Translations under genes and position numbers: made by a program
From: Acidimicrobiia bacterium
Lineage (GTDB): Bacteria > Actinomycetota > Acidimicrobiia > Spongiisociales > ZC4RG35
DNA length: 64,000 nt
Reading direction: 5' to 3'
NCBI GenBank assembly: GCA_965203555.1
Contig: CBDBCY010000004.1
Coordinates: forward strand, 512,001 to 576,000
The notes under the pieces: generated by a model
Told to the model about the DNA's origin: nothing
Databases searched by the model: none
What the model saw: the letters and a program-made list of their open reading frames with translations, nothing else
Part shown: positions 1 through 10,406 of the stretch, one piece after another
How positions within the stretch are numbered: position 1 is the first letter of the stretch
How the letters are laid out: each line of letters begins with the position of its first letter

Positions 1-1
1 A

Positions 2-817
2 GAGACAGCTTCAGACAACGGCACGCAGGTGATTTGCACCTCACACTCGGAAGTGATACTGAACGAGGCCGCCCAACAGGACGCCCTGGTCGCCTTTGTG
101 GGACACCCTCATCGGGTCGAAAAAAAGGCTCAAGTGCTCAAAGCGCTAAAGGAAATCAGGTTCGAAGATTATTACAAAGCAGAGATCACCGGTTTCGTGC
201 TGTATGTAGAAGGTTCAACCGATGTGGATTTGTTGCTCGCCTTTGCCACGGTGCTGCAGCATGAGGCTCGCCACGTCTTGGAGCGCCCCTTCGTTCATTA
301 CGTCGGCGACAACCTGGCCTACGCCCGCTCCCACTTCTACGGTCTGCGGGAGGCGAAAACCGATCTGGTGGGATATGCAATCTTCGATCGCCTCGACCGA
401 GGGCGACTCAGATCAGAAGGCGAGTTGGTGGAACATATGTGGAACCGCCGCGAGATAGAGAATTACCTCCTGCCTGCGGAAACGCTACGTCGATACGCGG
501 AGCAGAAAGGACGTGCATCCGTCAAGCCCTCCGATTCCAAACGCATCGGCACAACCCTTTTCGAAGGGCCGGAAGCCCAGCGATGGTTGGATGCCATGGA
601 CCGCGCCATCGAAGACTTTGCTCCGCCCGTCGCCTTACGTGATCCGGACAACGAATTCTGGATCGAAACCAAGATGAGTGACCGGTTCCTGACGCCGGCG
701 CTCAGGACTTTCTTCACCGATATGAGTCTTCCCGTCCTCCTGCGAAAGAAAAACTACTACAAACTGGCCACTATCTTGAGCCCTCCGAGTCCACCGGGAC
801 GTGGCGGATGTGCTTGA
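2..817 (+). CDS. AAA/ABC ATPase-TOPRIM (OLD-like ATP-dependent nuclease), C-terminal part; 5' end outside the window
   Basis: Frame is open from position 2. ICTSHS is an ABC-ATPase H-loop; LYVEGSTD, AIFDRLD and REIENYLL are TOPRIM/OLD-type motifs. The C-terminus looks frameshifted and the true end is probably 866. Confidence 0.7.
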   Translation, partial: ETASDNGTQVICTSHSEVILNEAAQQDALVAFVGHPHRVEKKAQVLKALKEIRFEDYYKAEITGFVLYVEGSTDVDLLLAFATVLQHEARHVLERPFVHYVGDNLAYARSHFYGLREAKTDLVGYAIFDRLDRGRLRSEGELVEHMWNRREIENYLLPAETLRRYAEQKGRASVKPSDSKRIGTTLFEGPEAQRWLDAMDRAIEDFAPPVALRDPDNEFWIETKMSDRFLTPALRTFFTDMSLPVLLRKKNYYKLATILSPPSPPGRGGCA

Positions 818-910
818 TGGCATAGTGAGCCAAGCCTCCATTGCGCGCTCGGAAGCCACCCCCTGATCTCGAACCACCCGGTCCACCTGCGAACCCCTCC
901 CGACCCGAAT

Positions 911-1666
911 TCAGGCGATGGTTTGGCCTGCGTCGAGGTAGACGGTGGTGCCGGTGGCCATCCTGGAGTCCTCCGAGGCTAGGAATACAGCGGCGCCCAC
1001 TATGTCCTCGGGAACTCCGATGATTCCCAGTGGAATCATGGAGAGGCGATACTGACGGAACTCCGGTTCGGCCAGATCGTGCCGGTTCATGTCGGTCTCG
1101 ATCAAGCCGGGAGCGATGGCGTTGGCGCGGATCTTGTAGGGCGCCAGTTCGAAGGCCAGTTGGCGAGTGAGCATTCGCACTCCCCCCTTGGCCACGCAGT
1201 AGTGGGTGAGGTTCTTTCCCGCCAGCGTGTCGCCCGCCGATGACATGTTGATGATCACGCCTCCGTCTCCCTGGCTCACCATCTGCTTGGCGGCCGCCTG
1301 GGAGCAAAGGAAGAATCCCTTGAGATTCACATCGAGGATCCTGTCCCACTCGGACTCTTCGATCTCCAGGATGGGAGTCCGGATCAGAATCCCGGCATTG
1401 TTCACCAGGATGTCAATCCGGCCAAAGCGTTCGACAGCGGCAGCCACCAATCCGGCCACATCCGAGGAAGAGGATGTGTCGGCTTGCACCGCAATGGCTT
1501 CCGATCCCGCTTCCTCGGCTACAGCGACCGCCGAGTTCGCCGCGCCCTCGTCACTCCGGTAGTTGATCACCACCTTTGCCCCTTCCCGGGCGTACCCGAG
1601 AGCGATGGCCCTCCCGATGGAACGGGAGGACCCGGTGACTATCGCAACTTTATCTTTGAGACGCAT
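911..1666 (-). CDS. SDR family oxidoreductase (glucose 1-dehydrogenase/FabG-like)
   Basis: TGSSRSIG Rossmann motif, NNAG, catalytic YCVAK (YxxxK). Confidence 0.9.
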   Translation of the reverse strand: MRLKDKVAIVTGSSRSIGRAIALGYAREGAKVVINYRSDEGAANSAVAVAEEAGSEAIAVQADTSSSSDVAGLVAAAVERFGRIDILVNNAGILIRTPILEIEESEWDRILDVNLKGFFLCSQAAAKQMVSQGDGGVIINMSSAGDTLAGKNLTHYCVAKGGVRMLTRQLAFELAPYKIRANAIAPGLIETDMNRHDLAEPEFRQYRLSMIPLGIIGVPEDIVGAAVFLASEDSRMATGTTVYLDAGQTIA

Positions 1667-1680
1667 ATCGTGTTTCCCTC

Positions 1681-2721
1681 TCAGTCCAACTCGAACCCGG
1701 GTACCACAAACTGGCCCCGGTCGATGATCTGGGTGTCCCCGACCGCTATCGAGTGGTTGCGAGTGGGAATGTCGTAATGGAAATTCACCCGGTTCTTACC
1801 ACCCAACTTGTGAGTGAAATTGGCGCCGAAAGCGATCAGCATGTTGCCGTAGTAGCTCTCGGTGTCCATAACTCCCCCGCCTTCCCAGAAGCGAAGACCG
1901 AGAGCGTTCCAGTTGGCCCGGTGCTCGTAGCCCCAACCTATATGGGAAAGACCGTAGGCTCGCTTGTCCTTGGGCAATTCGAAATAGTCCTTGACCAGTC
2001 GGGCATCGGCCCCGCCCTCCATGGAGATGATGCTGCCTTCCCGCATTTCTATGCGGATAGGCTGCTCCACGTACTTGCCCATCGGAAGCAGCGCATCACC
2101 GGCGTCCACCACCAGGATCCCCTCAGCCGAGTCCTCGAGGGGGGCCACGCCGCACTGTCCCGAGGGCCAGTGATCCCACCGTCCCGGTTGATCCGTGTAG
2201 CCGTACTGGCATGTTAGGGGGCGACCGGTGTATCTGACCGTAAAGTCACTGCCGGCATCGGACCAGACCCGCATGGTGTCGGATGTCGCCAGGTATTCGA
2301 TGCTCTTCTCTCCCCGCCTGCGGATCTCGGGAAGTGGGAACATCCGGCGCAGGTGGTCTTCCGGCTCCTCGATCATCAGGCTGCGGGTGCCGGACGCCAG
2401 AGCCTCGTTGTGGGCGTCGGAATATATCCAGTGAGATCCCATGCTGGCCAGAAATCCCACCACCAGGTCGGATCCTTTCCAAGCGTCGACAATGGTGCGG
2501 GACTTCATCCAGGAGTCGTCAGCCGCCACCATGATCTGGAAGAAGTCGCCGCCCAGCACCCGGACCGCCCCCATCAGAGCGGCGATGTAGGCCGGGTTGC
2601 TCTGGGTGTTGGTGAAGGCCATCACGGTCTGTCCGGGACCGACCCCGCACAACTCCATGTGGTCTTTGAACATCGGCACCAGTTCGGCGCCGGCGGCGGA
2701 AGTGGTGGGAACTCTGCGCAA
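1681..2721 (-). CDS. NicX-like 2,5-dihydroxypyridine 5,6-dioxygenase family protein (M29 aminopeptidase fold)
   Basis: YGYTDQPGRWDHWPSG, SHIGWG and HYDIP match my recollection of Pseudomonas NicX, including the His/His/Asp iron ligands. Confidence 0.75.
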   Translation of the reverse strand: MRRVPTTSAAGAELVPMFKDHMELCGVGPGQTVMAFTNTQSNPAYIAALMGAVRVLGGDFFQIMVAADDSWMKSRTIVDAWKGSDLVVGFLASMGSHWIYSDAHNEALASGTRSLMIEEPEDHLRRMFPLPEIRRRGEKSIEYLATSDTMRVWSDAGSDFTVRYTGRPLTCQYGYTDQPGRWDHWPSGQCGVAPLEDSAEGILVVDAGDALLPMGKYVEQPIRIEMREGSIISMEGGADARLVKDYFELPKDKRAYGLSHIGWGYEHRANWNALGLRFWEGGGVMDTESYYGNMLIAFGANFTHKLGGKNRVNFHYDIPTRNHSIAVGDTQIIDRGQFVVPGFELD

Positions 2722-2824
2722 CGGTCATCTCCTTCTCGGTTTCAGACCTATCGTATACCGATCCTCCCCAGAAACGGGCTAAAAACGGACCCCCCGCTCT
2801 TCGAGGGGCATCCTTTGGCGACGG

Positions 2825-5113
2825 TCACTTGATCACCACCAAGCTGAACCCGGAGGTATATACCAGGATGTCCAAGTCATCGATTCCGTTGACCTGCTCG
2901 TCCCACTTTTGCTCAAACGTCTCGAGGCTGACGACCTCGCCGTTCGCTTGGAACATGTGGTCGGCGTCATAGCTCCACAGGGTGAAGAAGGTGCGATACC
3001 TCTGCTGGCCGGCGTACAACTCGACCTCCTCGACATTCAGGCCCGGAGCCGTCGAGAAATTCCGGCCTTGTAGTACATCGAACTCTGTCTCGTCCCGTGC
3101 GGTGTGAACGATCCAGACAATCGAACGAGAGTCCACATACCTGACTTCGTTCGCGTCCAGTACGGCGTCACCATCTCTGTCGCTGAAGACCTCCACGTCG
3201 ACACTGACAAGGAACTCGTAGCCAACTCGATATTCGGACGGGATTGGAATCTCGATGTCGGCCCTTACACCTCTGCGGTTGATTCTGATGCTGGGCGTCC
3301 CTGCCGTGAGGGGAGCTTCCCCGATCATGTAGGCGCCGTCGCCATCGGAGGGGGCATGGTACAGCTGGTAACGGATTTTCGCTTCCAGTTCGGTATTGGG
3401 TCTTCCCGTGTAGCGGGAGTCCGTCCCGCGCAGCGTCCCCCCGTACTGGTCTACCAGGTCGTATCCGACGGTGAACTCAATCTTGTCACCGTCCCGCTGC
3501 TGGAAAGAATTGAAATCAGGCCGGGCGTACACCAGGACCGACTCGCCATCGCTCCAGGCGATCCGATGGACCTGTTCGGTGCAACAATCTGCTTCGATGG
3601 TTACCGTGTCCAGACGCTCTTCACGCCTCGGACCCCTCAAAGAAAAAGTGGCGCTGCCGCCCGCGTCGGTGAGCACCGTTTCGTCCTGCCTTGCGTTGCG
3701 TCCTCTGCTGACCAAGTCGGGATCGGGCCGGCCGGCGCTCACATCCTCGGATTCCACCCTGACTGCCCGGCTCTCAACTTCGATATACACCGGCACTCCC
3801 TCTCTCTCCAGGCGGGCGCCGTCCTCGTCGAGGAGTTGGATGCTGAACTCCACCGATGACCGCCGGTCCAGATCGACTATGAAGGCCCCGTCGCCGCCTA
3901 TGCGAGCGGAGTCGGCGGGCACATCGTGCCGCACCGTGAGACTGTCCGGCGCCTTTTCCGACCTTGCCCGGGCCGTGGAGAAATCCGCCGTGTCCCGATC
4001 AAATCTCTGTCCATCCCTCTCACCAACCCAGGCGTAGATGTTCATGGTCGCCCCCGGGGTTGCGTCAAAATCCTCGAAGAGATTCCCATCCGGATCGGTT
4101 ACCTCATCTTCGTCCCGGTCCCAGATGCAGTCACCGTCGCCCAGTATCTGGTCCTCGTCGCAGGTACCGTCGCTTTCCAGGCCACCACGGGGATCGTCCG
4201 TGTAGAACCAGTCCACGGCCCTGCCCTCGGCGGGAGCGAAATTGTCATCCCGAACGGAAACCATCATCAAGACCTCGAAGTCGTCGGTACCCTCGTTCGG
4301 AGTGACCTGCACCATCAACCCTCTGGGACGCAGGTTGGAATGGTCCAGGATGGCCGCCATGAATTCAGCCATGGTGGCTCTCGACATGTCTACGTCAGGA
4401 CCGTAAGTCAGACTGGTCAGTCCACTTGCCACCCCGAGTTCGTACAACTGGGTGACTGCATCGTGAACGTTGTGGGGCGCCTCCTCCAGGTCTGTGAAGG
4501 GAGAGCCCACCTCGAAGTCTCCGTCGTTGTCATTGACATCATCCGGTGTGTAACCAAAGGCTATTCGGCCGTCGGCGGCGGGGACCATCAGGTCCATGAG
4601 TCTTTGCAGGAAAAGAGCCATCTCGCCGCGGCTGACGTTACGGGCGGGCGTGTAGGTGGTGGCGCTGGTGCCCACGGTAATCCCCATCCGGTAAATCTGG
4701 CCGATGGCCTCTTGGGACTCTCGGGACAAGTCTGCGGTATCCCGGAAGGGCGTTTCAGTTGCCGGGGGAACGCGAATACCCACCAGCCTGGCCAGACGGA
4801 CCAGGAAAAGCGCCATGTGCCAGCGGGTCACCGGCCTGTCCGGCGAGTATGAAGTAGGAGAGGCGCCGTTGGTGATTCCATAGTAGGCGATGCAATCGAC
4901 GTCGCCGGCATTGGGATGGAGGACCGGGACATCGACGAAACCCGCGCTCGGAATGATCTCCTCTGGACAGGCCTCAAAAGATGGAAGATAATCGGGCGCC
5001 GGGCCACCCGCATTGGCTGAAATCGGGCTGATCGCCGAAATGCCGACCAAGAGCGACAGAGCCGCCGCCAACCCCACTGAACGGCGCCGGTGGAAGGAGA
5101 AGAGCGTTGCCAT
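2825..5113 (-). CDS. Secreted S-layer homology (SLH) domain protein
   Basis: Signal peptide from MATLFSF (ATG 5113); three SLH-like repeats (VTRWHMALFL, VSRGEMALFL, MSRATMAEFM); acidic beta-rich C-terminus. Confidence 0.8.
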   Translation of the reverse strand: MATLFSFHRRRSVGLAAALSLLVGISAISPISANAGGPAPDYLPSFEACPEEIIPSAGFVDVPVLHPNAGDVDCIAYYGITNGASPTSYSPDRPVTRWHMALFLVRLARLVGIRVPPATETPFRDTADLSRESQEAIGQIYRMGITVGTSATTYTPARNVSRGEMALFLQRLMDLMVPAADGRIAFGYTPDDVNDNDGDFEVGSPFTDLEEAPHNVHDAVTQLYELGVASGLTSLTYGPDVDMSRATMAEFMAAILDHSNLRPRGLMVQVTPNEGTDDFEVLMMVSVRDDNFAPAEGRAVDWFYTDDPRGGLESDGTCDEDQILGDGDCIWDRDEDEVTDPDGNLFEDFDATPGATMNIYAWVGERDGQRFDRDTADFSTARARSEKAPDSLTVRHDVPADSARIGGDGAFIVDLDRRSSVEFSIQLLDEDGARLEREGVPVYIEVESRAVRVESEDVSAGRPDPDLVSRGRNARQDETVLTDAGGSATFSLRGPRREERLDTVTIEADCCTEQVHRIAWSDGESVLVYARPDFNSFQQRDGDKIEFTVGYDLVDQYGGTLRGTDSRYTGRPNTELEAKIRYQLYHAPSDGDGAYMIGEAPLTAGTPSIRINRRGVRADIEIPIPSEYRVGYEFLVSVDVEVFSDRDGDAVLDANEVRYVDSRSIVWIVHTARDETEFDVLQGRNFSTAPGLNVEEVELYAGQQRYRTFFTLWSYDADHMFQANGEVVSLETFEQKWDEQVNGIDDLDILVYTSGFSLVVIK

Positions 5114-5555
5114 AAACTCTTTATAGCATCGCCAAGACCTGTCGACCGGGCCTCGGCCAATCTTTAAATGTTCAGGTTGACCACATCCCTTTGCGCAGAT
5201 TTTTCCGGTTGTGGCCGAGACTCCGGCCATCGTCTCGGAGGAATAACCCCGCTTGATTAACTCCTTCTCCGCCAGTTTGGCCGGCCTGATCACGAACAGT
5301 GGCGTGTGGTCGCCGATCACAAAAGCGTCAGGTGAGTAGGTGGTGACCGAAGTCCCCTTGGGTAATTCCGTATTGGGCGATGCTGTTGATGTCCAAGGCG
5401 TTGGCGGTTACGACCGGGCACTTTAAGCCCAGCCACCCCTACCCCTCTTGAGAGTGCTGTGTTAGGATAGCTCCGGTAAGGTATTGGATGGGTTGCCCCA
5501 ATGGGGTCGCCCGATCTATCGCTGTACCACCCAGACCCAGAAAAGGAAGGGAAAG

Positions 5556-7508
5556 ATGACCAAGATTCGTGTATGGATAACCATGCTTTCGGCTCTGGCT
5601 CTCATAGCCGCGGCCTGCGGCGGGGACGCTGCTGACGACACAGACGCTTCTGCAACGCCGCAAACCACTGCCGCCGCAGAGACGCCGGACACCACCGCCG
5701 CTATGGACGAGGAAGACGACCACATGGATGAGGAAGACGACCACATGCATGAGGAAGACGACCACATGCATGAGGAAGAGTCCATGGAGGAGGAACAGGA
5801 AGAGGAAGAAATGCCCATCGAAGAGGAAGAGGTGACTACCACCACCGTCCTCACGGGCGAGGAACTGATGGCGGGTAGTTGCGCTCCGCCACCGGAAGCC
5901 GCTCCTCCGAGAGGCGTGGAACCGGTTGATGGTTTGACGATCATCAAGGCCTACTCCGGCGACGTGCCCAACATCGATCCGAGACTCAACTTCGAGGCTC
6001 GCGGATCGGAGTTGGCTGCCAACATGTACGACCAGTTGATCACCTTCCACCTCGACGAGAACGAGGACGGAGTGCTGATTGCCGACTCTTCCCGTCCGCA
6101 GGGACTGCTGGCGGAGAGTTGGGAGTTCAACGAGGACTGCACCTCGGTGACCTTCACTCTGCGTCAAGGCGTGAAGTTCAATCACACCAAGAACGAGATG
6201 ACCGCCCATGACGTGAAGTGGAGTTTCCGCAGGGCGGCGTTGCACCAGGACCGTGTAGGCGGTTGGTTCGATCATGCGGTGATTGCCCTGTATGACTACG
6301 GTGACGAAGAGACCATTGATGATGTGATCACCGTCATCGACGACTACACCATCCGCTTCGACTTCCTCTATCCCACCCCGTTCCCCTTGCATGTGCTCTC
6401 CAACGCTGGTGTCACGGTGTACGACTCGGCGGTTCTGAGCAGGCAGGGCACAACCTCGGATCCGTGGGCCAGGGACTTCCTGCAGACCATCGACACGGGC
6501 ACCGGGCCCTTCTACCTGGAGGATGTCGACCCTGGCGTTCAGGTCACCCTGAGGCGCAACGATGACTACTTCCTCGGGCCGGCCCAGGCCGAGCGGGTCA
6601 TCTTGAGGATCATCCCCGACGAGGCCCAGCAGGCTGCATTGTTGGCGGCCGGTGAGATCGACTTCGCCGAAGCGGTGCCGGTCACGGCCATTCCCGAACT
6701 CCGGGCACAGGGCGTGAAGGTCACCACGGTGGGTGGCAACAACCAAGCGGTCATGTACATGAACCCCACCGTGCCCCCGTTTGACGATATCAAGGTACGC
6801 CAGGCGATTTCTTACGCCTATCCCTACGACGATATCCTGGAGGGCGTTTACTTCGGCGCCGCCAGTCGCGGCGGTGGGCCGATCCCGTCGACGACTCCGA
6901 CCTTCGATCCGGATGCTCCGTTCTACACCTACGACTTGGACAAGGCCCGTGCCTTGCTGGCCGAGTCGGGACATCCCGATGGATTCACCACCCAGCTTTA
7001 CATAGATGGAACCTTGGCCTTCGCTCCTGAGTTGGCCATCGTGGTGCAGGCATCGTTGGCCCAGATCGGGATCGACGTCGAGATCGTCAGGCTCAGTGCC
7101 GGTGACTTCCACGAGAATGTGTTCGCCGAGGACTCCACCAAGACCGACCCCTTGGAGGCGCGCATCAACCCGATGCCCTTCTTCCTGTTCTACTTCGGGT
7201 CCGGTTCTTGGGTGAACGAGCCCCAGTACCACATGGAACTCTTCTGGGAAGTGGATGCGTACGCCATGCGGAGCAACTACTCGAACCCCCTGGTTACCGA
7301 GAAGCTCGAAGCCGCCAAGCTCCTGAGCCCCGCCACGGAGGAGAGGGTCCAGCTCTATAAGGATGTACAGGCGATAATGCTTGAGGATGCTCCCGCGGTG
7401 TGGCTGGCCGAACCCCATCTGATCGTGGCTTCCTCGCAAGCCATCCAGGGGTTCATCTGGCGACCCGACCAGATCAACCGTTACTACTACGTGACCAAGA
7501 CTCCCTGA
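5556..7508 (+). CDS. ABC transporter substrate-binding lipoprotein, family 5 (DppA/OppA-like)
   Basis: AG-rich SD before ATG 5556; lipobox IAAAC; LAESWE, TLRQGVKF and GTGPF motifs. Confidence 0.9.
   Translation: MTKIRVWITMLSALALIAAACGGDAADDTDASATPQTTAAAETPDTTAAMDEEDDHMDEEDDHMHEEDDHMHEEESMEEEQEEEEMPIEEEEVTTTTVLTGEELMAGSCAPPPEAAPPRGVEPVDGLTIIKAYSGDVPNIDPRLNFEARGSELAANMYDQLITFHLDENEDGVLIADSSRPQGLLAESWEFNEDCTSVTFTLRQGVKFNHTKNEMTAHDVKWSFRRAALHQDRVGGWFDHAVIALYDYGDEETIDDVITVIDDYTIRFDFLYPTPFPLHVLSNAGVTVYDSAVLSRQGTTSDPWARDFLQTIDTGTGPFYLEDVDPGVQVTLRRNDDYFLGPAQAERVILRIIPDEAQQAALLAAGEIDFAEAVPVTAIPELRAQGVKVTTVGGNNQAVMYMNPTVPPFDDIKVRQAISYAYPYDDILEGVYFGAASRGGGPIPSTTPTFDPDAPFYTYDLDKARALLAESGHPDGFTTQLYIDGTLAFAPELAIVVQASLAQIGIDVEIVRLSAGDFHENVFAEDSTKTDPLEARINPMPFFLFYFGSGSWVNEPQYHMELFWEVDAYAMRSNYSNPLVTEKLEAAKLLSPATEERVQLYKDVQAIMLEDAPAVWLAEPHLIVASSQAIQGFIWRPDQINRYYYVTKTP
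5703..5779 (+). repeat. 21-bp tandem repeat (about 3.7 copies) encoding M(D/H)EEDDH
   Basis: Units of atg(g/c)a(c/t)gaggaagacgaccac at 5703, 5724 and 5745, with a partial copy at 5766. Confidence 0.95.
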
Positions 7509-7537
7509 TCACCCGGTAGTACCTACTTGAAAGCCGA

Positions 7538-7581
7538 ACAAGCCGCCGTGTCAGTCAATCTGGCTCGGCGGCTTGTCCTTT
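7538..7581 (+). terminator. Intra-operon hairpin after the SBP gene (partial terminator or mRNA stabiliser)
   Basis: acaagccgccg (7538-7548) pairs with cggcggcttgt (7566-7576), followed by ccttt. Confidence 0.6.
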
Positions 7582-7600
7582 ACCACCAGAGGAAGCACTG

Positions 7601-8611
7601 ATGGGTTCTTACATCGTCCGGCGGCTGATAGCGCTGGTCCCAATTCTCATTGGCGTCACCATGGTTGCCTTCCTGGTATCCCGAGGACTCCCCGGAGACC
7701 CCGCCCGGCTGTACGCCGGCATGCAGGCGTCTGATTTTGAAGTCCAGGCGATCCGGGTCAGCCTGGGACTGGACAAGCCGCTCTATTACCAGTACTGGGT
7801 CTACATGCAGGGACTGGTCCAAGGCGATCTGGGGTTTTCGCTGCGTACCGGTTTCCCCGTGGCCGAAGATATCCGTAATCGCCTCCCGGCCACCGTGGAG
7901 ATGGTGATCTTCGCCTTGGCTTTTGCTCTTTCGGTGGCGCTCCCACTGGGAGTGTGGGCGGCAGTGCGCAGAGGCAAGCTGATCGACAGGTTCAGCAGGT
8001 TCATCTCCACCCTGGGGGTGGCCATCCCCGACTTTTGGGCGGCCCTCATATTGGTGCTGATCTTCTTTGTGTTCCTGGGCTGGGCGCCCCCGCCGGTCGG
8101 TCGCCTGGATCTGGGGGCGGTTTCTCCTGACGGCCCAACCGGCTTCTTCCTATTCGATTCCCTGGTGCAGGGAGACTGGGCTACCTTCCGAAACGCGTTG
8201 GCGCATCTCATCCTGCCCATGGTGTCTCTGGGGTTCCCGGCCATCGCACCTATCACGAGGCTCACCCGCAACGCCACGCTGTCCGTCCTTCAGTCTGACT
8301 ACATTGCTTTCGGAAGAGCCGCTGGTCTACGCGGCGCTCCCCTGTACCTCAAATACGTTCTTCGCAACTCCCTACCGGGCGCCATAACCATGACCGGCCT
8401 CATCTCTGGGTACATGATCGGAGGAGCGGTCCTGATTGAGAGAGTATTCTCCTGGCCCGGAGTGGGTCTTTATGCTTACAACTCCCTGGAAAGGACCGAC
8501 CATGCCGCTATCCAGGGCGTCGTCCTCCTCTCGGCCATCACCTATCTGATGGTGTTCCTGGTTGTGGATCTGCTGCAATCCATAGTCGATCCGCGGGTGA
8601 GGTTGAAATGA
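7601..8611 (+). CDS. ABC transporter permease (DppB-like)
   Basis: PGDPA, GDLGFS, EAA-like loop and IERVFSWPGVG; multiple TM segments. Confidence 0.9.
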   Translation: MGSYIVRRLIALVPILIGVTMVAFLVSRGLPGDPARLYAGMQASDFEVQAIRVSLGLDKPLYYQYWVYMQGLVQGDLGFSLRTGFPVAEDIRNRLPATVEMVIFALAFALSVALPLGVWAAVRRGKLIDRFSRFISTLGVAIPDFWAALILVLIFFVFLGWAPPPVGRLDLGAVSPDGPTGFFLFDSLVQGDWATFRNALAHLILPMVSLGFPAIAPITRLTRNATLSVLQSDYIAFGRAAGLRGAPLYLKYVLRNSLPGAITMTGLISGYMIGGAVLIERVFSWPGVGLYAYNSLERTDHAAIQGVVLLSAITYLMVFLVVDLLQSIVDPRVRLK

Positions 8612-9450
8612 CAGCCACATCCACGAAAAGAAAGTGGGACCGCCGCCTGGTGCTTGGGTTGATCATGTTCGGAGGCATGATTTGCGTGGCAATATTTGCG
8701 CCATGGATCGCCCGCAACGACCCTCTGGCAATCGACTTCGGTACCCAATTCCTGGCGCCCTCCGCGGACCACTGGTTCGGGACCGGCAGGTTGGGCTTTG
8801 ACATCTTCGCCCGGGTGGTTTACGCCGCCCGGTATGACCTGATTATCTCCATTACGGCAGTGGCTTTCTCCATAGTGATCGGCCATCCCATCGGGCTGGT
8901 CGTCGGTTATCTTGGAGGACGTGTAGATTCGCTCACTATGCGAACCCTCGACGTCATCCAGTCCTTCCCCGCCTTCGTGCTGGCGGTGGGGGTACTGGCC
9001 GCGTTGGGTGAAGGGGTTTTGAACCTGATCCTGGTGGTCGGCTTCGTGGGCATACCCACCTTTGTCAGGTTGGTGCGAGCCGAGGTCCGTTCTCTGCGAG
9101 AGCATTCCTATGTGGAAGCCGGCCGGGCGGTCGGCAACTCGCGGACCAGAATTATGCTCCGCTACATCGCTCCGGGAACCGTTGGAACAGTCGTAACCCA
9201 GGCAGCTATAAGTTGCGGCTGGGCGATCCTGCTTACCGCCGCCCTGGGATTCATCGGTCTGGGAGTCCCGCTTCCCGAGCCTGAGTGGGGAGCGATGATC
9301 GCAGAGGGCGTCGAGGAAATGGTGGTGGGAGGACGATGGTGGATCTCGGTGTTCCCCGGCATCGCCATCGCGGTCACGATCTTCTCTCTCAGCCTGATCG
9401 GAGAATCGATCGCCGACCTGGTTGAGCCCACCCGAAGGAAGTCCCGATGA
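8608..9450 (+). CDS. ABC transporter permease (DppC-like)
   Basis: HWFGT..GFDIFAR, YVEAGRAVG and PEWGAMI; ATGA overlap with the upstream gene. Confidence 0.9.
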   Translation: MTATSTKRKWDRRLVLGLIMFGGMICVAIFAPWIARNDPLAIDFGTQFLAPSADHWFGTGRLGFDIFARVVYAARYDLIISITAVAFSIVIGHPIGLVVGYLGGRVDSLTMRTLDVIQSFPAFVLAVGVLAALGEGVLNLILVVGFVGIPTFVRLVRAEVRSLREHSYVEAGRAVGNSRTRIMLRYIAPGTVGTVVTQAAISCGWAILLTAALGFIGLGVPLPEPEWGAMIAEGVEEMVVGGRWWISVFPGIAIAVTIFSLSLIGESIADLVEPTRRKSR

Positions 9451-10406
9451 GAACTGTCCTGGAGGTCACCGGCCTGGAAGTCGAGATCGAGGGTCTCCCA
9501 ATCCTCCGCGGCGTGGATCTGGAAGTCAGGCAGGGAGAAACGCTGGGCGTAGTGGGAGAAACCGGAGCCGGCAAGTCCATGACTGCCCGTTCCATCCTGG
9601 ATCTGCTCCCCGCTGCCGCCACCGTCTCATTTCAGAATTGCACTTTTGGAGGACTGGACTTCACCCCTTCCAAGGCCCGACAGCAGGCGCGAGGCCACCG
9701 GATAGGTTTCGTCCCCCAACGTCCCCGGGGAAGTCTCAACCCGGTGTTCCGGGTTGGAACCCAACTCTACGATACGATCCGCCGCCTGCGGACCGTGGGT
9801 AGGAAGGAAGCCAGGAACGATGCCCTCGAACTTCTTCGTTCGGTGCGGATCACCGATCCCGAACGAGTGTATCGCTCCTATCCACATGAGTTGTCAGGGG
9901 GGATGTGCCAGCGGGTGTGCATTGCCATCGCACTGGCCGGGGAACCTGAACTGATCATCGCCGACGAACCCACCACCGGTCTTGACGTCACCATCCAAGC
10001 CGAGATGCTCAGGCTGCTGGGCGACGTCATCTCCGAGCACAACGCGGCCGGGATGTTGATCACCCACGATTTGGGAGTGGTGGCCGACGTATGCGACCGA
10101 GTGGCTGTCATGTACGCGGGCCGCGTGATCAACCTGGGTACCACCGAAGAAATCTATCGAGAGGCTCTCCATCCCTACGCCAACCAGTTGGTCTCCATCG
10201 CCACGTCCTTGGACTCCGGGGGCACCCCCCGGGAAATCCCCGGCCGGGTACCGAACCCCGGGGACGATCTGGCCCCCTGCGCCTTCGCGCCTCGCTGTTT
10301 TCGAGCCGAGTCCGATTGCTTCGAGCAGGAACCTCCCCTGGTCAACGTGGAGGGGCAGATGGCTTTCTGCCATCATCCGATAATCACCCGGGCGGTCTCG
10401 CAATGA
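9447..10406 (+). CDS. ABC transporter ATP-binding protein (DppD-like)
   Basis: [16 protein letters not shown] and IADEPTT; C-terminal Cys-containing oligopeptide domain. Confidence 0.92.
   Translation: MRTVLEVTGLEVEIEGLPILRGVDLEVRQGETLGVVGETGAGKSMTARSILDLLPAAATVSFQNCTFGGLDFTPSKARQQARGHRIGFVPQRPRGSLNPVFRVGTQLYDTIRRLRTVGRKEARNDALELLRSVRITDPERVYRSYPHELSGGMCQRVCIAIALAGEPELIIADEPTTGLDVTIQAEMLRLLGDVISEHNAAGMLITHDLGVVADVCDRVAVMYAGRVINLGTTEEIYREALHPYANQLVSIATSLDSGGTPREIPGRVPNPGDDLAPCAFAPRCFRAESDCFEQEPPLVNVEGQMAFCHHPIITRAVSQ

Noticed and set aside
5703-5779. Possible CRISPR array
   Set aside because: Contiguous in-frame coding repeats with no spacers. No cas genes were seen in the window.
5439-7439. 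Long antisense ORFs (666 aa here; also 13368-14804, 15341-17005, 33461-35032, 41564-43201)
   Set aside because: These are shadows of real genes caused by high-GC codon bias, with no recognisable motifs.
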